From positions 6,087 to 70,086 of the forward strand of contig JAJDBU010000036.1 in assembly GCA_029261195.1 (NCBI GenBank): a stretch of DNA of 64,000 nt, written 5' to 3'. Under the pieces are notes generated by a model that did not search any database, had not been told where the DNA came from, and saw nothing but the letters and a program-made list of their open reading frames with translations. The translations under genes were made by a program, and so were the position numbers. Positions 44,533-52,288 of the stretch are shown here, piece after piece; position 1 is the first letter of the stretch, and the number at the start of each line of letters is the position of its first letter. This DNA is from Nitrospirota bacterium (GTDB taxonomy: Bacteria; Nitrospirota; Nitrospiria; SBBL01; JAADHI01).

Positions 44533-45825
44533 ATGTCAGAAAATGAGCCGACCACTAAGGAAGTACATCTTCCAGATCAATCCTTGGATTCTAGTGATAC
44601 AGGCGACGACACTGGCTCACGTTTTCGATATCAGTATTGTTATGCAGCTTTATTAGCAGTCAAAATAATCTCTGAAGATAGCGATATTGTAGAGGTTATA
44701 TGTGAAAATTATGACGATATTCTTTTGAAACGATCCTCCGGGAAATTTGTTGCTGTTCAGGTCAAGACTAGGAGTCCTGATCAATCTCCATTTAAAGCCA
44801 CTGATGACGCTATAATAAAATCCTTAAAGCGTTTCATACAATTGAATGTGATTTTTCCTGAACAGTTTGAATTTTTTGAAATTGTTACAAACTTTCAATT
44901 TTGGAAAGGTAGCGACAATAAAAGCAATATATGCTGGCTCCTAGAAAGCCTAAAAAGTAGAGGCAAAATAAAAGGCCTGAGAAAAGATAATCCAGTTCGA
45001 ATGTGGGTGCAATCATTAGCGGATGAAACTAGACAAGATTTGAACCTTGTCGTATTTACTCTCCTAAATACAAATCTAGTTGCTCGTAAAGATTCTTTAA
45101 GAGTTTTATCTTCAGACATTCAGGGTGCAGTATCAAAACTTCCCTCCTTTGATAATTTGCCTCTTAAAGTTTGCGTAGAAGCCGCTAGAGGTTTAGAGCA
45201 AATGAGCACTGAAGCTTCTACTCTGAAAAGGGAGGGAAGTGTTCTTGATCTATATGAACCAGGAATAAACTTAGAAGAAAAATTATCTGAACATATTTTA
45301 GAGGGAAAAAGGCTCACTGCAAGCAAAGTTCAGGGCATTCTTGATAATAGTGTTCAAAAAGCAACAAACATTGAACCGATTAAATTTGCTGGCTTATTAG
45401 CTCCAGAGGAAATCCCTGAAGATCTTGGGATTATGGTAAAAAAGCTAATAGCCGGTGATTTGGAGGGTCCGCGCATAGATCAGCTCAAAACTTTGAGACA
45501 AGGATTTTATTACATGTACTTCCTCTGGGTCGGAAGATACGGAGCAACAAGAGCAAATGAATTATATGGAGATGTGATGTCGCAAGTGAAGTTTGAGTGT
45601 ACGGAGGCTCAAGTAGAGGCAGCACAGGACGATACTGCTTATGCATCTGACATGTATGGTATTTTATTCGAAAAACTTAAGACTAAACGAGAGAGTGGTC
45701 CTGAACGTATTTATGGATGCTCTGAAGAGCATTTAATGGGGGCAGCAGCAATATTAACACAAGAGTGTCACGCGTGGTGGTCCAACAAATTTGATGTAGA
45801 TGGGGCTAGCGATGAAAAGACCTAA
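44533..45825 (+). CDS. lmuA: Lamassu effector LmuA with Cap4-type (DUF4297) dsDNA nuclease domain
   Basis: ATG at 44533; the ORF track starts at TTG 44527. The N-terminal GSRFRYQYCYAALLAVKII...IVEVICENYDDILLKRSSGKFVAVQVKTR is the DUF4297/Cap4 PD-(D/E)xK pattern. It is the first gene of an effector, small, SMC-like triad. Confidence 0.7.
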   Translation: MSENEPTTKEVHLPDQSLDSSDTGDDTGSRFRYQYCYAALLAVKIISEDSDIVEVICENYDDILLKRSSGKFVAVQVKTRSPDQSPFKATDDAIIKSLKRFIQLNVIFPEQFEFFEIVTNFQFWKGSDNKSNICWLLESLKSRGKIKGLRKDNPVRMWVQSLADETRQDLNLVVFTLLNTNLVARKDSLRVLSSDIQGAVSKLPSFDNLPLKVCVEAARGLEQMSTEASTLKREGSVLDLYEPGINLEEKLSEHILEGKRLTASKVQGILDNSVQKATNIEPIKFAGLLAPEEIPEDLGIMVKKLIAGDLEGPRIDQLKTLRQGFYYMYFLWVGRYGATRANELYGDVMSQVKFECTEAQVEAAQDDTAYASDMYGILFEKLKTKRESGPERIYGCSEEHLMGAAAILTQECHAWWSNKFDVDGASDEKT

Positions 45826-46378
45826 TCTTGTAGAAATCGTGACATCGCTCGATAACGATGAACACATACATTTAGCAAGAATACTTATATTGCTTCATTC
45901 TTTTGCTAGAGAAGATGGTCCATCTATTGTCGGTATTACCAAATTAGCTAAATTAGATTTTCTGCTACGGTATCCAACGTACTTTGAAAAAGCCATAGAA
46001 GCACGAGGTGGATCAATGAAGAGTGTTGAGGTCGAAGACTACGAAAGATTAGCTGTTGAGGCTCAAATGGTTAGGTACCGTTTCGGTCCATGGGATCATA
46101 GGTACAGAAGGTTTCTAAACATCCTTGCTGCTAAAGCTCTGGCGTCATTAAGAGTTCATGGCCGCACAATACAAATTGATATTACAGAAGCTGGCAAGAT
46201 TATGGCCCAAGATTTAGGGCAAATGGAGGAGTTTGGGAAGCTTGCCGAGAGATCGAAGATTTTAAAACGTCATTTGGACATCGGTGCCACTAAGATTATG
46301 GAGTTTATATACGAAATTTTTCCAGAGATTGTTTCTCTCGAATACAACGAAAATATTAAAGTTGGATCAATACAATGA
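45812..46378 (+). CDS. lmuC: Lamassu middle component LmuC (DdmB-like)
   Basis: ~188 aa (ATG 45812, alternative start 45800). It overlaps the lmuA stop and is overlapped by the lmuB start (ATGA). The call is positional. GITKLAKLDFLLRYPTYF is typical of a helical or wHTH small component. Confidence 0.55.
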   Translation: MKRPNLVEIVTSLDNDEHIHLARILILLHSFAREDGPSIVGITKLAKLDFLLRYPTYFEKAIEARGGSMKSVEVEDYERLAVEAQMVRYRFGPWDHRYRRFLNILAAKALASLRVHGRTIQIDITEAGKIMAQDLGQMEEFGKLAERSKILKRHLDIGATKIMEFIYEIFPEIVSLEYNENIKVGSIQ

Positions 46379-48315
46379 AGCTTGAATTAAAACAGCTAAA
46401 ATTACTATGTCGTCAAGGTGAAGAGATTGTTCCTTTTTCGCCTGATCTAAGCTTTTTTCATGGTGAAATGGCTGCTGGGAAATCATCCATACCTGAGCTT
46501 GTAAATTATTGTTTAGGTGGAGGCCTTGTTTATACAACAGCCTTAAGAGAAGAGCTTGTTTCTTTGGAATTAGAGTTTTCAGTCGGAGATACCAAGATTC
46601 TTGTTGAAAGAAACCCAGGGGTTGCAACGCTTATTGATGTAACGTGGGAGGGAGAGGAGCAGTTTGGCAGGGCGACACTCCCTCTTCAGGCTAAAAATGA
46701 TCCAGTTATTGAACCGGATATATTCAATTTTAGTGATTTTATGGTTAAGTCATTAGGACAACCTATTATTAAGGTTAGAAAAAGGGCTAATGACCCAGAA
46801 TCTGAACTCGAGCGTTTGAGTTTTAGAGACATGTTTAGATTTGTTTACTTAGATCAAGATGACCTTGATTCAAGTTTTTTTAAGTTGGAACAACCTATTA
46901 GGGCAGAAAAAAGTAAAAATGTTTTGAGATTCTTTTCTGGTTTATGGAATGAAAAATTAAATGAGCTAGAAGCCTGGTTGTCTAATTTAAGACAAGAACA
47001 GAGAGTAAAAAGAGAAGCTGCAAATCAAATAGCGGCCTTCTTACAAAAATTTGGTTTCAGTTCTGAGGAAGGATTAAAAACCCAGATAAATGAAGCGTTG
47101 AATGAACAAGAGAGACTGGATAACTCTATAGAGAAACTTCAATCAGAGGGGATTTCAGGCGTTTCAGTTGATGAGGAAAATAGGTTACGAATTGCTGAAC
47201 TATCGGGTCGAATATCTTCTATCTCTGAGTCCATTTCCGAATTAAATGAAAGAATTCATGAGCAAGAATCGTTAATTGCAGAGTTTGTAAGCATGAAATT
47301 TAAAGCTGCTAGAACCAATGCAGCAAGCGAACTTTTGAAGGGTGCTCAATTTCATTCTTGTCCATCATGTGGAAAAAAAGTTGGGCACAAGGTAGAAAAT
47401 GAAGACGAATGTTATCTATGCAAAGAATCTGTTTCTGAAAATAGTTCTCTTTCTAGCTTCGATATAGAGGTCATTGATAAAGACCTGAATGATAGAATTG
47501 ATGACCTGAAAAGATCAGTAACTAAAATGAAAAAGTCTCTTGATACGCAGCAGCGTAAAGAAAGGGAATTTACTGAAGACCGATCAGAGCTAGAAAATAA
47601 AACTTTACATCTTCAGAAAAGTACAGAGTCGGAATACATCAAGAGAATAAGGAAATATGAATCACAATCTGGTGCTGTTAGGGAAAGAGTGAAGCTTTTA
47701 ACCAGAGTTCAAGCGATGCCAACCGAAATAGAGCGCATATGGGAAGAGGCTAGTGCCTTAAGTTCACAAATTGATGAAATAAGAAGAAAAATATCTATAG
47801 AAGAAGGGAAGTTGTCTGAGGGAGACGCAAACATTAAGCGCTTGGAGGAAAATTTCTTATCTGTACTTCTGGCTATCAACTTTCCGGGAGTAACTGAGAG
47901 GGATAAAGTAGAAATCAACCGGAAAACTTGGGCAGTTAAGATATTAGATGCCGGTAGAGAAAGTGCAGCATACTCTTTTTATGATCTGGGTAGCGGGGGT
48001 AAAAAGGTTCTTTTCAAAATAAGTTTTGCGCTGGCTTTGCATTTAACTGCTGCTCAAAGAGACTTACCTGTTCCCAGATTACTTATCATAGACTCCAGTA
48101 TGAAAAATATTGCAACAGATGTTAATCCTGAAATTTTTGAGGCTTTTTATCAGTATCTGTATACCTTGATGGAGGGGGAGCTTAGAGATTGGCAGGTCGT
48201 CATAGTAGATCAAACTTATAAAACTCCCCCGGACACTTTAGATGTAAAAGAAAGATATATGACGCGAGATGATAAGGATCATCCACCATTAATTAGTTAT
48301 TATAGGGGCGCATGA
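46375..48315 (+). CDS. lmuB: Lamassu SMC/Rad50-like ABC ATPase LmuB (DdmC-like)
   Basis: 646 aa. Walker A is FFHGEMAAGKSSIPEL. A long coiled-coil middle is interrupted by CPSCGKKVGHKVENEDECYLCK. The C-terminal signature-like LGSGGKKVLFKISFALAL is followed by Walker B/D-loop RLLIIDSSMKN. Confidence 0.75.
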   Translation: MKLELKQLKLLCRQGEEIVPFSPDLSFFHGEMAAGKSSIPELVNYCLGGGLVYTTALREELVSLELEFSVGDTKILVERNPGVATLIDVTWEGEEQFGRATLPLQAKNDPVIEPDIFNFSDFMVKSLGQPIIKVRKRANDPESELERLSFRDMFRFVYLDQDDLDSSFFKLEQPIRAEKSKNVLRFFSGLWNEKLNELEAWLSNLRQEQRVKREAANQIAAFLQKFGFSSEEGLKTQINEALNEQERLDNSIEKLQSEGISGVSVDEENRLRIAELSGRISSISESISELNERIHEQESLIAEFVSMKFKAARTNAASELLKGAQFHSCPSCGKKVGHKVENEDECYLCKESVSENSSLSSFDIEVIDKDLNDRIDDLKRSVTKMKKSLDTQQRKEREFTEDRSELENKTLHLQKSTESEYIKRIRKYESQSGAVRERVKLLTRVQAMPTEIERIWEEASALSSQIDEIRRKISIEEGKLSEGDANIKRLEENFLSVLLAINFPGVTERDKVEINRKTWAVKILDAGRESAAYSFYDLGSGGKKVLFKISFALALHLTAAQRDLPVPRLLIIDSSMKNIATDVNPEIFEAFYQYLYTLMEGELRDWQVVIVDQTYKTPPDTLDVKERYMTRDDKDHPPLISYYRGA

Positions 48316-48904
48316 ATAAGGAGTTTTCGAGAAGATAAACCGTTATCAATGTCCGCTATTGGCCGATAGCAGACCTACAATAACTAACCGCCACCATGTC
48401 AAAAAGGTTCCATTTTGGTGGGTTAAGACACTTCCTGAACTTTAGTCGCTTGTTAGAGATGGGAGAAATGGTACATAAGACTCGGTGAGGAAGAGGAACG
48501 ATTCCATCGTTTCTTCCTTCCTGAAAGGTTGAGTTTTTCGTAAATTCCAGCCACACAAGGTTTTAATCCGCATTCGTTAGATATTGACAGTAAGCGTGAA
48601 TTGAAAAGTATTTCTGAAAGGTGTAGCTTTAACCAGAAATCAACCTATGAGAATCGGGGGGAGAGGGACTTGTCTCTTTCTAACTTCGTAGTAACATGCC
48701 CTATAAAAGTCAACGGCAGACTTGACCCCTTCCTCTTTACTTTCATTCCAAGAGTAATAGGTGTTTCTCTTTTTTGGAATAAGGGGGGATCTCACTTAGG
48801 AATATAATATTTCTATGATGATATTGTTTTATTAAATGATCCCCGCGGTAAGGCCACGCGGAATCAAAGAGATTGAATTATCTTTTTTTGAGGAGATAGA
48901 CGTT

Positions 48905-49231
48905 ATGAAACAAACAATTCGATATTCATCTTCTGACCTTACGATTGATGTACTGCGAAATGCTATCAGCGAAATATGGAGTGATACATGTTCAAGTAGC
49001 TCGACAAAAAAAATACTAAATCAAGATGAGGCTAATTCAATAGAGTTATTAAAGATGTCCCCGGGTGCCCTCTTCGAAATAAAGCGAGATGGAGCTGGGC
49101 TTGCACCTGGTGTTACTGAAATAATATTGATATGTGCTGGAATTGTTGCAAAGGATATATGGGTAAAAATTATTTTACCCCGCCTTGTTCAAAGGTTTGG
49201 TGTGGACTCCTTAAAACCTCTTGATAAATAA
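48905..49231 (+). CDS. Small hypothetical protein with hydrophobic C-terminal segment
   Basis: This is ORF 48836..49231 trimmed to ATG 48905, which sits 9 nt after GAGGAG. The 108-aa product has a C-terminal GVTEIILICAGIVAKDIWVKIILPRLV, a TM-like or amphipathic segment. I recognise no family. Confidence 0.5.
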   Translation: MKQTIRYSSSDLTIDVLRNAISEIWSDTCSSSSTKKILNQDEANSIELLKMSPGALFEIKRDGAGLAPGVTEIILICAGIVAKDIWVKIILPRLVQRFGVDSLKPLDK

Positions 49232-49266
49232 CTCCTCCTAAAGATTTTTTTTATATGGACTAAATT

Positions 49267-50487
49267 ATGGAAGAAGAACACGTAAGCCTTGACTTTCGTA
49301 AGTTTCTGATTGCTCATGTTTTATATTATAAAGCACTACAAAAGTACCATTTAGATGTATTATTGGAGAAAAATGGGGGGGAGTCGTTAGTAGCAATTGA
49401 GGATTTGATACATAGTGCATCAAATCTACAACTTAATGCTGAAAGCGATTCTATCCCATTAAGTACCTTTTTAAGTGATTTCGTCGATGGTATTACACCT
49501 ACTACAAATTATATCTATAGCCTTAACCGCAATAAAAAATTGAATCAATTAATTGATGACTATACAGAATCTACAAAAAAAATTCGTTGTAGCGAGTGCC
49601 ATCCAAATAGTATTTGTATGGGTAGCGAGGACGATCATTGGAAAGTTGCTAATGATGGGGCCTGTATGCAGTATTTTCTAGACATTTTTAATACAGCTAA
49701 TATTTGGGCTAAAGAATTATACCAAAAGCACTCAAATGACTTTCCAGATAATCTACCAGGGTTGGTGTTTAGTACTTATTTTTGTAGATATAAACCACAT
49801 GATATTCCGATTGAATGCTTTATTGGAGGGGCAACTAAATATGGAGATCATAGAAGCAAAATAAAGCTTATTTTCAATAATAAGCAATTTTCCAGGAATT
49901 GTTTTTTTGCTGTGCCATACGTATTACTACACGAATGCATTGCTCATGCTTACAGTGCAATTCTACTCAACAATGGTTCAGAATACTGCACTGAACCCAA
50001 CGATCCATTTGATGAAGGATGGATGGATTTTTGTGCATTTACCATTTTAAACAATTCAAAAAAATCCCACTGGCCCAATTCTCTAAAAGAATTCATGAAT
50101 GATTACAAAAAAATGGGGCAAAAATTTCATATGTCGCGTTCTGACTATCTCAACAAAAACTCATCAAAATTTGCTATACAGATCGCTCTTGGAATTCGTG
50201 CTGCAAAGAAAACATTTAATTATTTTAAACAAATTTCTGATTCTGATGACGAAGCTCTCTCTTATTTTTTTGGGTTTTCATTTGATTTCAATATTGGGGA
50301 ATTTTCTAGAGAAGATCGAAGAAGCCTTGTGACAATGTGCGACAATCAACTACCAGAATCATGGGACCAACCGCTTCCATCCTATTATAATTCAAATGTT
50401 TATGAAATTTTCAAAAATTACCAGGAAACAAAAGATATTATTACTTTTTTTCATCGACTTAAGAGTATTGACATTCACAAAAATTAA
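49267..50487 (+). CDS. Hypothetical 406-aa protein (no recognisable family)
   Basis: It lies 35 nt downstream of the small ORF on the same strand and is low GC. It has Cys pairs (RCSECHPNSIC) and the segment VLLHECIAHAY...DPFDEGWMDFCAF. Its stop is embedded in a 47-bp palindrome. Confidence 0.6.
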   Translation: MEEEHVSLDFRKFLIAHVLYYKALQKYHLDVLLEKNGGESLVAIEDLIHSASNLQLNAESDSIPLSTFLSDFVDGITPTTNYIYSLNRNKKLNQLIDDYTESTKKIRCSECHPNSICMGSEDDHWKVANDGACMQYFLDIFNTANIWAKELYQKHSNDFPDNLPGLVFSTYFCRYKPHDIPIECFIGGATKYGDHRSKIKLIFNNKQFSRNCFFAVPYVLLHECIAHAYSAILLNNGSEYCTEPNDPFDEGWMDFCAFTILNNSKKSHWPNSLKEFMNDYKKMGQKFHMSRSDYLNKNSSKFAIQIALGIRAAKKTFNYFKQISDSDDEALSYFFGFSFDFNIGEFSREDRRSLVTMCDNQLPESWDQPLPSYYNSNVYEIFKNYQETKDIITFFHRLKSIDIHKN

Positions 50488-50530
50488 TACAATCATTATT
50501 CATTTGACAAACGAATAATGATTGTATTAA
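50484..50530. repeat. 47-bp near-perfect palindrome (23-nt arms, 1-nt centre, 22/23 paired)
   Basis: TTAATACAATCATTATTCATTTG a CAAACGAATAATGATTGTATTAA. It overlaps the TAA stop of the 406-aa gene. No T-tract follows, so it may be either a terminator or RNA stabiliser, or a protein-binding or recombination site. Confidence 0.8.
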
Positions 50531-50771
50531 TTGTAACTCAGAAATAGCTTGTTGCATATATACATGTGAGTACAAACATTATCTGGTCAGATTTAGAGAC
50601 TGCACCATAATACAGGGCGATTCTCCTGTGTTATGAATATAAGTCTACTAGATAACCTTGACGTATTGATAGAGCGTGGTAGATTTTAAAAGGGTTCTTG
50701 CAGCGTAAACTGAAAGGGCTTAGTTACTTGTCTATTGCCATAATTCTATTTTTAAACAAGGGTGCGTCTTT

Positions 50772-51980
50772 GTGAAAATAAACGAACAATATAAAATTCT
50801 TGGTGCCATCTATGCGCTGAGAAACTTTAACGTAAAGTCTCTCGTTAGTTTTGCAAACGTTGGTGAATCTACTGTTTATAGATTTTTAAAGGGTAATAGG
50901 GATCTATTCTTGGAGGTAGGAACAAAAAAAACTAATAGCCCTGGAGGACAACACAAACAATATGCCCTAAAAACTGAGATGCTTCCACGAGTAAAGCAAT
51001 TGCTTGAAGAACAGTATTTGGATTCGCTTTCCGCTCTTTCACACCATCAGACTACGAATAAAACAATAAGTGCTATTGACTCCCTTAGCTTTCTAGCGAC
51101 AAATGATATTCTTTATCGTCTTTATCCAGAGGCGAAATCAATCGCTGATAAAAAGGCTTTACTCAAGGCCGCCAGTATAAGTAGTGAGTCTGCCCGCCTC
51201 GAATTAGGAGTTCAAAAAGAATGCTCAGGAACAAGATTGTCACCGCAACAAAATGAAAATTATCTTGCCCTAGAGCAACAACAAGGAAAGCTTCAGTTAG
51301 AAGAACTTAAACTATCATGGAGAGCACATGGAGCTGACATACAGAATTTAATGAATACCATCGATCCAATTTTAAATAAATTAGGAAATCCCGGAAACAT
51401 CTGGGCGCAGTTTCTTAATAGAACACCAGTTGAGGCTTTTCAATCATTTAGAGTGAGAGTGGCCCCAGTTGTTTGGGTCACTGATGGAATTGAAACTAAA
51501 ACAGACAGACTCACTCCTATAATCCATAAAGAAGTAAAAGGAGCATTCCACGGACACATTAACTACTTTCAGGCACATGAATTTCGTCCCCAGGCCCTCG
51601 ACATTAGTGAAGTTCCTTCGGTTTGTGTCCTTACAATGAATTCAGAGGGATCAAAAAAAACTAAATCTGCTCTTATAAATGTTATTAATTATTGTGTGGA
51701 TGCCAATATTGAAAAGGTCATTGTTTTCGATGCTAAGTCAGGCAAAACCCTGCGAAAAAATACGCCACGAAGTAACCTAATCTATTTTGATAACTGCAAT
51801 AATATCACAAATAAAGTCATTTCCGGAATAATTAAAACCATTGTTGTTAGCTTTAGACGCAGGAACCTTCAATCACTAGAAAGTGGCAATTTAGGTACTA
51901 GCCCTGCCATTAGAGCCTATGAGGAGCGCCTCGAAGAATCTGAGGAGTGGACCCACTCGCTTATTGAGGACACTAAATAA
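50772..51980 (+). CDS. Hypothetical protein with N-terminal wHTH-like segment
   Basis: 402 aa with a GTG start. The N-terminal VKSLVSFANVGESTVYRFLKGN is HTH-like. The C-terminal ~150 aa show an alternating beta/alpha pattern with no motif I recognise. Confidence 0.5.
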   Translation: MKINEQYKILGAIYALRNFNVKSLVSFANVGESTVYRFLKGNRDLFLEVGTKKTNSPGGQHKQYALKTEMLPRVKQLLEEQYLDSLSALSHHQTTNKTISAIDSLSFLATNDILYRLYPEAKSIADKKALLKAASISSESARLELGVQKECSGTRLSPQQNENYLALEQQQGKLQLEELKLSWRAHGADIQNLMNTIDPILNKLGNPGNIWAQFLNRTPVEAFQSFRVRVAPVVWVTDGIETKTDRLTPIIHKEVKGAFHGHINYFQAHEFRPQALDISEVPSVCVLTMNSEGSKKTKSALINVINYCVDANIEKVIVFDAKSGKTLRKNTPRSNLIYFDNCNNITNKVISGIIKTIVVSFRRRNLQSLESGNLGTSPAIRAYEERLEESEEWTHSLIEDTK

Positions 51981-52288
51981 GTATTTCTTCCTGTCTTATT
52001 AATAAGACAATATCATTCTAAGAAAAATAGTGCGCTACTACACCTAAACGCAATTTAGTTCCGAGTGGAATGGGGTGATATATGTTGGCATCTCTTTATC
52101 ACATTGCTGTTATTGAACTTTTCGATGTAATCGACAGCAGACCTGCTTTCATTCCGTATTTCTCAAAATATTCCATACGTAAACTTGTCGCTTAGTAGAT
52201 GAAAGCGATAATTCCCCTCCGCTTGTTTAGGCGGAATTTTCATGCTATATCGGACTTTTTCACCCCCCTTATATCCGGCCCAATTACC

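Noticed and set aside
49930-49947. The HECIAH segment in the 406-aa protein as a zincin metalloprotease motif.
   Set aside because: The spacing is HExxxH, not the canonical HExxH. I cannot support a peptidase call from this alone, so it is kept only as a residue cluster worth mutating.
52130-52240. A 26-codon minus-strand mini-ORF (MKIPPKQAEGNYRFHLLSDKFTYGIF*), considered as a truncated toxin or antitoxin gene downstream of recD2.
   Set aside because: It is very short, resembles no family I can name and has no partner gene. It was left unannotated.
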